64,000 bases of DNA from Lama guanicoe. Its lineage: Eukaryota. The DNA is taken from NCBI GenBank assembly GCA_013239625.1, contig MU054132.1:124001-188000 (forward strand), given 5' to 3'. A model generated the notes under the pieces. That model saw only the letters and a list, made by a program, of their open reading frames with translations, made no database searches and had not been told where the DNA came from. Every line of letters starts with the position of its first letter. Position 1 is the first letter of the stretch. The position numbers and the translations under genes were made by a program. Positions 14,738-28,139 of the stretch are shown in pieces.

Positions 14738-15989
14738 TGAATTAACTTTTTTAAAAAAAGACTAATTTTTAGAGCAGTTTTAGGTTCACAGCAAAACTGA
14801 GCAGAAAGTTGAGAGTTTCCATATCGCTTCGCCACACACAGCCTCCCCCACCAGCAACGTGCCCCACAGGAGCGTACACGTGTTACAATCTGTGAACCGA
14901 CATGGACACGTCATAATCACCCTTGCTTGTCTGTTTTTTAAAGGCAAAATAGATTTCCCTAGAAGAATGCCAGGTGGGCATCCTAGAGGATGTAATTATT
15001 TTAATTTTCCATACACGCGGTCCTGCCACCATATGGTTATGGGCAGTAATTTAGAAAATTCTTCTAAGTTAACAAATGTACACTCTAATTCTTATCTTTA
15101 TAAACAGAAAAATCTCTCCTCTCCCTCATCATTTCTAGCACATGAGGGTTACCCTAAATTTGGGGAGCAGGTCAGCAGACATATCTGTGAAGAGCAATCA
15201 AGCAAAGGAGACGGTGACCAGTTCTCAGTGCTCACCTGGGTAAAGTCCCAGGCTGCCTGCATGGATCTGGGTGGCGGGGAGGGAGACTGGTGTGCATCCC
15301 TGCTCTAGCCAAGGGAGTCGAGTGGCCAGCAGACCAGGGTTGCTGTCTCTGTGGAAACAGCGGCATCTCACCACCCTCACACATACTGCCTCCCAGTGGC
15401 AGCAGGGAGCCACCCACAGGCCACAGGGAGGGACCCGCTCCAGTTCTCTGTTCCCTCCTAGGGAACAGCTCCACCACTGTCTGTTCACTAAGACCACAGC
15501 TAGTGTGTGACCCAGGAGTGACAGGGCAGGTGTGTGCTGGCCTGACGGCAGGGCCCGTGACTCCATCCTGTCAGCCCATGGCTGCTGGGCTGAGAATATG
15601 GATAACTCACAAGAGTTAAACTCACTGTTTTTCTTCCAAAACCCCATCCTCAGCCCTAGAGGGGAACCCAGCCTCTCAGCCACATTCCTGGTCAGAGGCA
15701 AGAAAAAGCAGGCTGTCCTACCTGCTGAGGCGTTGTGTTAGGGCGTCTTGTCCAGGGATTCTCGGAGAAGATGAGTTGGGCAGCCAGTCATTTCTGCAGT
15801 CCCTGCCATCTTCCTCCCCCAGGCCAGGCCACTCAGCATGCTGCACACCAGAGGCCACGTTGAGTCTTACGTCCCTTGTGTCCCCCAGGGAGTACACAGA
15901 AGGCCTCAGGTGGAGGGAAACTGGCCTGAGAAAGATGCAAAAGCCTTGCCTCCAAGAAGGGAGCAAGCCAAGAGGTGAACAAAATAGAG

Positions 15990-16325
15990 TCTGACATAGA
16001 AAACAAACTTACGGTTACTGAAGTGGGGAGGGGGCCAGGGAGGGATAAATTAAGAGTTTGGGAATAACAGATACAGACTACTATATATAAAATAGACAAA
16101 CAACAAGAACCTCCTGTATAGCACAGGGAACTATATCTTTTCCTATAATGGAAAAGAATCTGAAAAAGAATATATCTATATCTATCTATCTATCTATCTA
16201 TCTATATGTATGTATGTATGTATAAATGAACCACTTTGCTGTACATCTGAAACTAATACAACATTGTAAAGCAACTACATTTCAATTAAGATAAATAAAG
16301 TCATATAAACACACAAACAAAAAAC
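15990..16325 (+). mobile_element. LINE-1 3' end with internal (CTAT)n/(TATG)n microsatellite
   Basis: gcacagggaactatat...tgctgtacatctgaaactaat motif, similar to the 3' end of the 24-25.9 kb L1. Confidence 0.75.
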
Positions 16326-16844
16326 AAAATAGGCTCTGAAAACAAACTGTGTGGTTTGTTAAAACATTAAAATATATATGTGCAGTATCTGTCTGTGCAC
16401 ATAACAGAAGACTGCAGGGAAGAAGCTTTCTGGCTGGTGGGATAGCAAAACTGTAACTTATTTATCCTCCTCCTGCCTCTTCTGATTTGAACCTGGATAG
16501 TCTGGCTCCAGAGGGTCTCTGCTGTTAACCATTCCTCCATGTTGACCCTTCACAAATTGGAAAAGACAGTCCTGGTTCATTAGGTTGTTTAAGAAAATGT
16601 GCCTACAGCATCCAGCATGGTGCAGGGCTGAAGGTCAGGGCTCTCGAATGTCAGTTCCCCTCCCTCTCCCACGCTCCCACTTAATCCAGGATTGAATAGA
16701 GCAACAGCGAGATGCCAAAGGAAGAGCCCTCTGGATGAGTCAGCAAGTCTTCCTGTGCCTCAGTTTCCTCCTTGTTGTTTGCATCATTGAGAAACAGACA
16801 CAAAGAGAATGTAAGAGGGATGGTGGGGAGTCACTGTCTTTAAT

Positions 16845-17980
16845 TAGTGGGGGGGAGTTGGTTGACAGTGTTGTTCAACTATATCCTTATTGACTTCTTG
16901 TCCACTTGTTTCACTGATGGTTGAAATATGGGTATTGAGGTCTTCAACTACAGTTGTGGATTTGTCTGTTTCTCCTGACAGTCCTGTCACATTTTGTTTT
17001 GTGTATTTTGAAGCTCTGTTATTAGGTACATAAGTATTTAGGGTTTTAATATCCTTTTGATGAATTAACCCCTTTATTATGTTAAAACAACCCTTTTTCT
17101 CTTGAGTAATATTCTTTGCTATGACTCTGCCTTGTCTGATGTTAGTATAACCACTCCAGCTTTCATTGATTAGGGTTAAGATGGGACATTTTTCCATTTT
17201 TTTACTTGTAACCTACTCATATCTTCATATTTAAAGTGAGTTTCTTGTAGGCCACATATATTTGAATATTGTCAATCTGTCAACCTTTGCATTTCAACTG
17301 GATTACTGACATCATTAACGTTAATTGGTAAGATTGGGTTTAAATCTAACATTTTGTTATTTGTCTCCTGTTACTCTCATCTGTTCTTTATTCCCTTTCT
17401 TTTTCTGCTTTCTTTTGGATTAAATATTTTTTATGGCTCCATTTTATCTCCTCTGTTTGCTTTTTAACTAAATCTGTGTTATTTCAGTGGTTGTTTTAGG
17501 ACTTATATATACATCTTGAACTTATCACAGTCTACCTTCAAGTGATTCATCATTCCCTGTAGAGGGTGAGAAGCTTACTATTGAATAGTCCCACGGTTCT
17601 CCTCCTGGCTTTTGTGCTATTGTGCAAAGTACAATTTGACTTCCATATATGTTATAAACCCCAGATTACATCATTAACAGTTTTACTTTGAACTACTGAT
17701 TAAAGAAAAAAAAGTGTTACTATGCACACACACATTTGCCTTTCTTGGTGCTCTTTGTTCCACTGTGCAGATTTCCACGAGGTGTCATTTTCCACCTGCT
17801 TCAAAGACTTCTTTTAACATGTCACGTAGTGACAGTCTGCTGTTGATGACCTCTTTCAGTTTCTGCATATCTGAAAACAACTTTATTTCACCCCTGTTCT
17901 TGAAAGGTAGCTTTGCTGGGTAAACAATTCTCAACTGACAGGTTTTTTTCTTTTCTCCAGTACTTTAAAGATATTGCATG
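16845..17980 (-). mobile_element. Old LINE-1 fragment including ORF2 endonuclease region
   Basis: KGLIHQKDIKTLNTYVPNNRASKY..DLNT resembles the L1 EN domain. Confidence 0.8.
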
Positions 17981-18170
17981 TTCAAAAGGAAGTTCAGAGA
18001 CTAAGACTAGAATACCACTTGAATAGAAGTGAGACTTCATATATGTATATATTTAAATTTGCAAGTCCCCTGCATACCTTTTAAAACCTGAACACCCACA
18101 CATACACTCACATGTACACACATGCATACACAGGCACCTTCAGAGTAAAAAGGAAAGGAAGCTTCCGTGA

Positions 18171-18329
<159 letters not shown>

Positions 18330-19214
18330 CACAAGAGGATACAAACCATTGAAGTCACTCTGCCAGGAGAAGCCAGTGCAAACCCCTGAGTCCTTTTTCT
18401 ACACCAAACAGATCCCATACTGTTGTTTCCCCCACCAGTGAGGGATTTACCTGTGACTCCTTCCCCAGTGCTAAGTGGGAATTATTAGCCAAGTCAGTCC
18501 TCTCTGCATGGGGGCCAGAATATGATCCCCAATTCTCTAAAGATGTCTTTTAACATCAAAGCTCCATGTAGCATACTTTATTTCCATATAATTATCTTCT
18601 GACTTTGAAATCCCAGTATTTGAAATCCTAAGCACATCAGGAGGGATGATCTTCATGGTCATCCATTAAATATTGCGTAGTAGTTGTGCTCCACATTTCT
18701 TGTAGGAAACAGCATCATGTAATCCTTTCTCCTGTTTTCTTTTTATGAGAAGAAAAATGCATCTCTTCACAGGAATAGAAATAGTGTAAACAGTCATTAA
18801 AATAAGGCTTGCAAATTAATTGCTCTAATATTTTTCTTCACATGGATTTCATCAGCTTCTTCAAAAACCACTTAATAAGATCAGGATAATTTTAATAAAA
18901 CTTGGTTGCCATGCCATCACTGGTATGTGTGCTCATTTTATTGCTTTATTTTAAATCTCCACATGCTGGCTAAAGTATATCTGGCCACTCCAACAAAGCG
19001 ACTGCCACAAAGATCCTGGACTTTGAAATACCATTGTCACTGCCCAGCCATCTCTCAGGTCCTCATACAGGGTCGTTGCTTCTAAAAATGCAAACCATAA
19101 TTGGGCCTGGGGCAACAGTTTCCAACCAGAACAAGGGAGTAGAAAGATGCATATTGTAAAGTACTTGATAGTTGTAAGCAGCACCTGCAAAGCCATATAC
19201 ATTCAGGGAGCAAT

Positions 19215-20125
19215 GTTACCAAACGTAAGGGCTAAAACTATAAAACTCTTAGAAGAAAACATAGGGGGAAATCTTTATGACATTGGATTTGGCAATGTTT
19301 TCTTGGCTATGATAACAAAATCAAAAATAGATAAATTGGACTGCAGCAAAATTTAAAACTTCTGTACATCAAAGGACATGATCAACAGAGTGAAAAGGCA
19401 ACCTGTGGAATGGGAGAAATCATTTACAAAATATATCTGATAAGAAATTTATCCAGAATTTATAAAGAACTCCTATAACTCAATGACAAAAATAAACAAC
19501 CCAATTAAAAAATGGGTAATGGACTTGAGTAGCCATTTTCAAGTAGAAATTCAATAGAAATATCCAAAGAAGACATGCAAATAGCCAGCAAGCACATGAA
19601 AATATGCTCAACATCATGAGTCATTAGGGAAATGCAATCAAAATTACAATGATACGACCTCACGCCCATAAGATGGCTACTATCAAAAAAACAGAAAATA
19701 ACAAGTGTTGGTGAGGATGTGGAGAAGTTGAAACCCTGTGCACTGTTAGTGGGAACGTAAAATGGTGCAATTGCTGTGGAAAACAGTGTATCAGTTCCTT
19801 AAAAAATTGAACATAGAATTATCATATGACCCAGTAATTCCACTTCTGCATATATACCCCAAAGAATTGAAAGCAGGATCTTGAAGCAATGTCTGCACAC
19901 TCATGTTCATGGCAGTATTATTCACAGTAGCCAAAAAGTGGAAGCAACCCGAGTGTCCATCGAAAGACGAATGAATCAACAAACTGTGGTCTATATATAC
20001 AATGGAACACTGTCCTTAAAAAGGGATGTCTGACATACGCTACATGAATAAACTTTGAGGACCTTACATTAAGTGGAATAAGCCAGTCACAAAGGGACAA
20101 ATACTGTATGACTCCCATCAAGACT
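19215..20125 (+). mobile_element. Old LINE-1 3' fragment (L1M-type)
   Basis: KTIKLLEENIG.. ORF2 tail followed by typical L1 3' sequence. Confidence 0.85.
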
Positions 20126-21251
20126 ACATGGAATGGGGAAGGAGCAGTTTCTTAAAAAGTGGAAAGTGTACTGAGTAGAAAATCATTAGTCCCTACAGAT
20201 CCAAGGGGACTATAACCAAATGGCAAAACTCATAGGTCCTCAACAGATCTCCTTGTTGGAGCCCAGTCACGCTCCCGCACTTAACTATTCTGAGCAGCGT
20301 CTGCCCAGAGCTAAACTCAGAGGAGAAGTTTCTTTTTGGCTATTTCTCTCCAAATCTGCGGCCCCCACCACAGCCACATTTGTACCCACAAAGCCCTGTC
20401 CTGACTCGGGTTCATAAGAGAGCATGGTGGACCCAGCAGAGTTTGCCAGGGGTCAGGTGGAACCAAGAAAGAATCCATTCTCTTCTGAGCATCTGAACAA
20501 ATACCATGGAAATCTGAGAGCTCCAGGGGCTGCCACCATGACTAGAAAACAGAGAAGTCTAACTGCTAGGAAATAAGAGGGAAGCAGACAGCTGGAGAAA
20601 AACACGGGAGTGGCAAGTGTGCCCTCCAGGGTTCTCGGCAGCCTTCCACTCCCAGTTCTGGTCCTTCCTAGGGTCTGGCTGCTGGGGTTGATTTCTCTTA
20701 CTCACAAAAAAAGTCACAAATAATACAGATGAAAAGGGGATTTCAGGGTCTGGATCTGGGAGTGGGGCTCTTCTTTAGAGACAGGGCCTCCCACGTCACC
20801 TGTGAAGTCTGCTGGGACCAGAGGCCGCAGATGTGGGCAATGCTCTAGAATGCCAAGCTACACCTCTAGCAGAAAGCGGCAGTCTGAGAAGTGTGGTTAT
20901 GGGTTACTTACTGGGAGGAGAGCGCCCAGAGTCCACTCATCTCAGGACCAAATTCTGCAAATGAACCACTCACAGTTCATCTCAACGGCAGCCTAATAAC
21001 CTGGGTTCTCCAGAGCAGTCCCAATTTCACATGTGCTGCCAATATCTGATCCTGTGTGAAGAAATGTGGTCATCATAAGTATACTCCAAAAATTTTTCAA
21101 AGACATCTCTCTCAGATGTACTTTTTTCAGCAAGTAAGTACTGTGCACTGCTGGAGAAAGGACCTGGTGATCAGGAGAAGCTACTGGACAGGGACACTGC
21201 TTCACAGGGACCAGGGAGCTGGTACTGTTTGTTCTGAAGTCACAGAACAGC

Positions 21252-21345
21252 AGGGGAGGAAATAGCTCACTGGTAGAGTGCATGCTTAGCACTACCTGGG
21301 TTCAATCTCCAGTACCTCCAATAAAAAAAAGAAAAAAGAACAGAA
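21252..21345 (+). mobile_element. tRNA-derived SINE (Vic-1-like, internally shortened)
   Basis: ATAGCTCACTGGTAGAG...GGTTCAATCTCC, poly-A tail; TSD GAAGTCACA(G/A)AACA at 21236-21249 and 21351-21364. Confidence 0.82.
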
Positions 21346-24084
21346 GTGATGAAGTCACAAAACACCTACAGTGTTGGGCTAACTTTCCATATAACACAAA
21401 TATAAGAAAAAGAATTCTACCCTGCATAATTGTAGCTAGAGGCCCTTAGTCAAGTTATTTTAAGACCTGAGCTTCATATAGCATAAATATACAGAAAGAG
21501 AATTCTTCTGTGCCTAATTCTAGCTAGATGATCTTAGTCAAATTATTTAAGGTCTGAGCTTCAGCTTCCTCATCTTTATAATACAGTTAATAATAGTACC
21601 TTCCTTATAAGTAAAATACAGTGCCTGACACATAGTCACAGGAGGCAAACAGATGGTGTAAAACAACTGCAGAGGTAGCTAAGCTTCTATGAATGATAAT
21701 TTCTTAGTTACAAATGGGCTTCAAAGGCATGCACTTAAAGGCTGTTCCTGCACTTAGACTTTCAAGATCAAGCATTCTTTCTGCTAAGATGTTTCCCGAA
21801 GGCTTTTCCATACCCACCCCCAACTTCCACCACCCCTCAAGCTAATTATCGCCATGCATGGTGCCCCATTTGCTCGTGACTCAGACCCAAATCTAGTCAC
21901 CCCGACTTCTCGCTTTCTCTTAAACCTTCCTTCTAAGCCACTCACAGATCCTGCCAGCTCCGCCCTCAAAATATCTGTTCTACCTTCTAAAGTATACAGG
22001 GTTTACAGTCAGACCACTACACCCTAGTTCCAGGGTGACAGCAATTTTAACACAATTAAAACTGACCGTCTTTAGACTGCCTAATTTATAAGAGAAGGTC
22101 AGTGTTTCCCATCCTTTCCAAGGTTACCTCCACTGGGCAGCTGCGACAGCTCACTCAGGGTAGGTGCAAGGGAGCGCGGGTTGTAGGTCACTCAGGAAGC
22201 TTGCTGCAAGTGGTACTTTTAAATGGAGTGTCAAATGGAGACAGAATTCTATTCCCAGGTCACTGCTCAGTTGTTGACGGTAAGTGGTAAGATATCCATT
22301 TTTAGAGTATCTGAAAAGTACCCTGAGGAGGTGGTGATTTGAGATCCCACTTCCATGGGGAAACGGTTTATGGGTGTGCTGGCCCGTGAAACAGTCAGTG
22401 AATGTCTCGTCTCTGCGTATTAAAAAGGGATGCCTATCTTTTGAAATACCCAAGTGTTGCTCTTGGGGCTCTATCCTATTTCCAGGCTGGATCTGTACTG
22501 AAGAGGTTTTTATTGATCGGTGTGTTTTGGTTACAAATGTTTTAGTTTAGTGTTTTTGTAAAGAGCAAGCAAAATGAAATTCTTCTCTTAGGACTGATCA
22601 TAAAGTCAGCTTTTCATGCCCACCTGTATGGATGCAATTCATCATTTTAAAGCTCTAGTGGAATTCTCTTCTAGGAAAAACATGTATTTATGGAAAGTTG
22701 TTTATTCCTGGAAAATAAGAGATGTACAGATGCAACGTAGGGTTCGTTTGGTCAAGGCCAAAAGAGCCTTAGAGGATAACTCACGCCTTGAAGCTCAGCT
22801 CTCAGTCCAGTCTGCCCTACTGGCTCAGTGTCCTCTCAGAGAGCCAAATTGTCCTGGTTGTGCTCCTTGGAAATGAGCAGAGACTGCTTCCTTTTCTCTA
22901 ATCTATGCAAGGGTCACCAGGATAACGCATCCACTGGGTTGGAGGCTTTGGGAGAACGTGAGAAATGCAATGGGAGAAGATGGTGAAAGGAAGGTTCCAG
23001 CTACACGGTCTGGCTGTGGGGAAAGGAAAGGTAGGATAAGTTAGGGCCAGGGAGCCCGAGACCCCCTCAGCGGGCTCAGAGGCTGAATGTGAAGGCAGAA
23101 ACCTTGGCCCCCTCGGCATCCCGTACAGCCCTAGGGTCTGGAACAACACTCATAATACGTTGTAAGACACAAAACTTATCTGTTGGATGAATGAATGGAG
23201 GGCTCGCATAAGGACACTGCTCTATGAGAAACTCCTCAACAACACCCCTTTCACAGCAGGGCTGAGGAGACTGAATAGTTGTCACCCCAGGCTTATTTCC
23301 TCCCCGTTTTAGAGAGAGCTAGCTCAGCTTGTCTGAATTAGCCACACAAAAGAGGCTAATGTCAGTGGCTAAGCTTCAAAGGCTTCTCCCTTTCACAAGG
23401 GCACTTCCTGACCAGGAAGATTTCAGCATCTCATAGCTGTCCAAGCGTTTCCATTCAGCCTACAAAATGAAAGGCACTACAGGGCTGAGGTGCTTCTGCG
23501 ACCTTCCCACACATGCCCGGTCCGGCTGGGCCAGGCCTGAGCCCACCTCCGGGTGTGCTCTGTGGCTTCTCAGCTGGTAGTTTCTCCTTGATAAACAAAA
23601 TTGTACATTTGTGCCCAGATAGGATGGAGATAGGTGTCTGCATCCAACAGAACCATGGAAGATTAGGTCCTTTCCTTCTCTGAGTTTCCCCAGAAACGTC
23701 TCATGGAGAAAGACAGACCTCTGCCCCACCCCTAAGAATCTTTCTCCTTAAAGGAGCGGGGGCGGGGCGGGGGGGTGAGGACAGAGGAGGCTGGAGGGAT
23801 CAATGCCTTGTCTCACTGATTTACTCCTGGTCTGCGGGTTTCCTGTGGTGGCAATCTTGGTGGTTTATTGACATTATTTTCACAGATTCTTAAATTCTAT
23901 ACTGTGTTTTCTGATGGATTCTTGAGTGAAAGACTGAAGTAACCATACATTGATTGTCAAGTGCATAAATTATAAGCAGAATTTTAGGTGTGTAATGTGC
24001 AAAAGACATAAAAGACGGGAAGCAGTGTAGGTAGACAGACATGAAATAAGTTAATAAAGTAAGCCTGTCTCATTATGTCAATTT

Positions 24085-25875
24085 ATGACAGGCAACTTTA
24101 ATAACTACAAAACATTGATTAAGGAAATTAAAGATGACTTAAAGAAATGGACAGATATCCCATGCTCTTGGATTGGAAGAATCAACATTGTTAAAATGAT
24201 CATACTGTCCAAAGCAATCTGCAGATTTAATGTAACCCCTATCAAATTACCCAGGACAGTTTTCACAGAACTAGAAAAAATAATCCTAAAATTTACATAG
24301 AATCACAAAAGACCTAGACTTGCCAAAGCAATACTGAAGAAAAAGAATGAATCTGGAGGGATAACCCTCCCAGAGTTCAGACGATACTACAGAGCTACAG
24401 TAATCAAAACAGCATGGTAATGGCACAAAAACAGACATATGGATCAATGGAACAGAACAGAGAGCCCAGAAATAAACCCACAGATCTACAGTCAATTAAT
24501 CTTTAACAAAGGAAGCAAGAATATACAATGGAGAAAAGACAGTCTCTTCAGCAAATGGTGTTGGGAAAATTGGACAACTGCATATAAATCAATGAAGTTA
24601 GAACACTCCCTCACACCGTACACAAAAATAAACTTAAAATGGCCTGAAGACTTAAACATGAGACAAGATACTATAAACCTTCTAGAAGAAAACATAGGCA
24701 AAACATTCTCTGACATAAATCTCAGCAATGTTCTCCTAGGGCAGTCTACCCAGGCAATAGAAATAAAAGCAAAAATTAACGAATGGGACCTACTTAAACT
24801 TATCAGCTTTTGCACAGTAAAGGAAACCTAAGCAAAACAGAAAGACAACCTGCAGAATGGGAGAAAATATTTCCAAATGATGCAACTGACAAAGGCTTAA
24901 TTTCCAGAATGTATAAACACCTTATACAACTTAATACCAACAACAACAAACAAACAACCCAATCCAAACATGGACAGAAGACCTAAACAAGCAATTCTTC
25001 AATGAAGACATACAAATGGCCAATAGGCACATGAAAAAAATGCTCATTATCACCAATTATCAGAGACATGCAAATCAAAACTACAAGGAGGTATCACACT
25101 GGTCAGAATGGCCATCATTCAAAAGTCCACAAATGATAAATGCTGGAGAGGGTGTGGAGAAAAGGGAACCCTCCTACACTGCTGGTGGGAATGTAGTTTG
25201 GTGCAGCCACTATGGAGAACAGTATGGAGATTCCTCAAAAAGCAAAACAGACTTACCATATGATCCAGCAACCCCACTGGGCATATATCTGGAAAGAACT
25301 CTAATTTGAAAAGATACATGCACCCCAATATTCATAGCAGCACTATATGCAATAGCCAAGACATGGAAGCAAGCTAAATGTCCATCAACAGATGATTGGA
25401 TAAAGAAGCTGTGGTATATTTATACAATGGAATACTACCAGCCATGAAAAGGAATTAAATAATGCCATTTGCAGCAACATGGGTGGACCTGAAGATTGTC
25501 ATTCCAAGTGAAGTTAAGCCAGAAAGATAAAGAATAATACCATATGGTATCAGTCACATGTGAAACCTAAAAAAAGAAAAGAGGACACTAATGAACTCAT
25601 CTGCAAAACAGAAACAGACTCGCAGACATAGTAAACAATCTAATGGTTACCAGGGGAAAAGGGGTGGGAAGGGATAAATTTGGGAGTTTGAGATTTGGAA
25701 GTGTTAACCACTACATATAAAAATAAATAAAAAACAAATTTCTACTATATAGCACAGGGAACTATATTCAATATCTTGTAATAACCTTTAATGAAAAAGA
25801 ACATGAAATGAATATATGACTGGAATATTATGCTATACACTGGAAACTGATACATCGTAACTGACTACAATTTTT
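24085..25875 (+). mobile_element. 5'-truncated LINE-1 (ORF2 C-terminal part plus 3'UTR), inactive
   Basis: ORF2 peptides [14 protein letters not shown] and [24 protein letters not shown]; broken by stops and frameshifts. Confidence 0.93.
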
Positions 25876-26510
25876 TAAATGGTCATTTTTAACCAAATTT
25901 GAGGACTTATTCTTCTGTCTCTTCTTCTAAAAATATTTAGAGTTTTATGTTTACCTTTTAAGTATTCAATTTATCTGGTATTCATTTTTGTGAAGATTTG
26001 TGGAGGAAGCCACAGCATCCCTTTCTGAGAGAACTGGAAGTCGTATGGTTTGTTACCTGCCCTGAGTGAGCTGGGTCCACATGACCAGAAGGACCTAACA
26101 TGTAAGACTGAAGATGGTTTGGGGCTAAAAGTCCCAGCTTTAGAGAGGCTCTCCGTGATGACAGGGGAATCTATGAGCTTAAGATCTCCCAGCAAGGAGG
26201 AAACAGAATTTTGGCTTCCCAGGAGCCTGGAAATCTGCTGGGATCTGTGCCATGCAGGGACCAGTTACAGGTTATACAAGATCAGAGACACACAGAGGCT
26301 GCGTTGAAGACTTTCCTGCGAGTCAGAGCAGGTCAACGCGAGAGATAAAGGTGGGTGAGGTGGGGCCCGCCTTGAGCTCACACTGCTCACCATGTGAAGT
26401 GACGGGAGCACGCAGGACGTGAGGGTGTCTCTGCATTAGCCAGGGATGGGGAGGATGAAACTTCCCCAGCTACATTAACAAAGACAATTTAATATAAAAG
26501 CATTTACCAG

Positions 26511-26928
26511 TGTATGTGTTCTCTATTGCTGCTATGGCAAATTATCACAAATTAGGTGGCTTAAAACAACACAGATGCCTTATCTTTCAGTTCTGTGGGT
26601 TAGAAATCTGACACGGCTCTCACTGGGCTGTGTTCCTTTGTGGAAACTCAAGGAAAGAATCCATTTCTTTGCCTTTTCCAGCTTCTTAGAGGCTCTCACC
26701 TTCCTGTGCTCACACCTCCATCTCTCAGCCCTTCCTCTGTGGTCACGTCTCTGATTCTCTTCCACTTTTAAGGACCCTTGTGATTAGATTGGGCCCACCC
26801 AGATAATCTAGGATCAGCTCCCTAAACCACACCTACAAAGTCCCTTTTGCCATATAAGGTGACATATTCATAGGTCCCAGGGATTAGGTCTCAGATATCT
26901 TTAGAGGACAATTTTTCTGTCTACCACA
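26511..26928 (-). mobile_element. MLT1 (MaLR) solo LTR
   Basis: ctattgctgctatggcaaattatcacaaattaggtggcttaaaacaaca...ctaccaca is the antisense MLT1 pattern. Confidence 0.8.
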
Positions 26929-27069
26929 CCCAGCAACTGAAGAACTGAAAAGTCGAAAAAAGAATGCTCAGTTACAGAAAGCAGCTTCCTCCTGCCCTGT
27001 GCTTCTGTTCCCTTGGCTGATTTGATCCTGTATCTTTCCCCTTTAATAAACTATAACTGTGGGTATAAC

Positions 27070-27150
27070 AGAAAAAGAAAAAGAAAAAGAGAAAAGAAAG
27101 AAAAGAGGAAAGAAAAGAGGAAAGAAAGGAGGGAAGGAAGGAAGGAAGGA
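27070..27150. repeat. GA-rich simple repeat (GAAA/GGAA)
   Basis: Seen directly. Confidence 0.9.
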
Positions 27151-28139
27151 GCTTCCTCGCCCTAGAGCTGGACGAAGACATGGAAGAGGCTAAAAATAAG
27201 AAAACATAGAAACCCATGGAAGATGGGCCCCATGAGGCAGGAACCCAGAACTCTGAGAAAAGGGTGCATCCCTCTGGCAGTCAAGGAAAGAATCCTAAAT
27301 GTGCTGCTACATAGCTGAACTCCTTGAATACAGTCCATCAGACAATGACGCAGCCCTCATGGTCTCTGGCAGCAAGCAGCAGCAAGCAGCAGCAAGCAGC
27401 TCTCTGGCATTCATGGGACATTTCATGCCCAGTATCACCCACAGACAACAGGTTCCACTGAAAGATGAAGTGGACTCTTCAGAAATAAAAACTGGAAAGA
27501 GTAAGTGGACTGTAATTGTGGCAGTTCCGCAGAAAAGTACTACCCCTTTAAATACAATATTTAATTATGAATTGGGGAGAGGGGATAAGAAAAGTCCCAC
27601 ACAGGCTACAAGAGACCCCAGCCACATAACGCGCCTCCTTCTGCTTCCCCTTTTTCCCTCCCATGCCTACCTTCAGGAAGCGGGTGATGGGGCCTGTGGC
27701 TGGCAGAGTAGAGCTGGGGATGGGAGATGCTAGCCTGGGGCTTCTCTCACCTCCTGCCTGCGCTCGCTGGATCGGGCAGTTACAGATATTGCTGATACCG
27801 AGCAGGAGTACATGGTGACAACTCCTAAAGTGGACCCCCGGGCATGGCCACCACATTCTGACGTGCCGGAGGTGCAGGGCTGCCTGCAGAAGCCCCTTCC
27901 AAGCCCAGAGCCCAAGCTGCACTTCTTGCCTGCTCTCCCCAGAAGGCGTTCCGGGTCTCCTCCTCCTTCTGGGACGGCAGAACAACAGAGCCTGAGCTGC
28001 AACCTTCCTCACACACAGCACACAGGACCCAGTTAGCGGAAGGGCTTGGCAAAGGTCATCGATGAATTCACCGAGGCCTTGGCAGCCTGGCTCCACCCCT
28101 GGTTCTTGTTCACGACAAGAGTAAATGCCAGCGCTCAAA

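Noticed and set aside
24085..25309. ORFs as host genes
   Set aside because: They are broken LINE-1 ORF2 fragments.
27760..27815. RAVTDIADTEQEYM as the start of a DH (RhoGEF) domain
   Set aside because: No further DH motifs follow; the neighbouring blocks fit EHD far more consistently.
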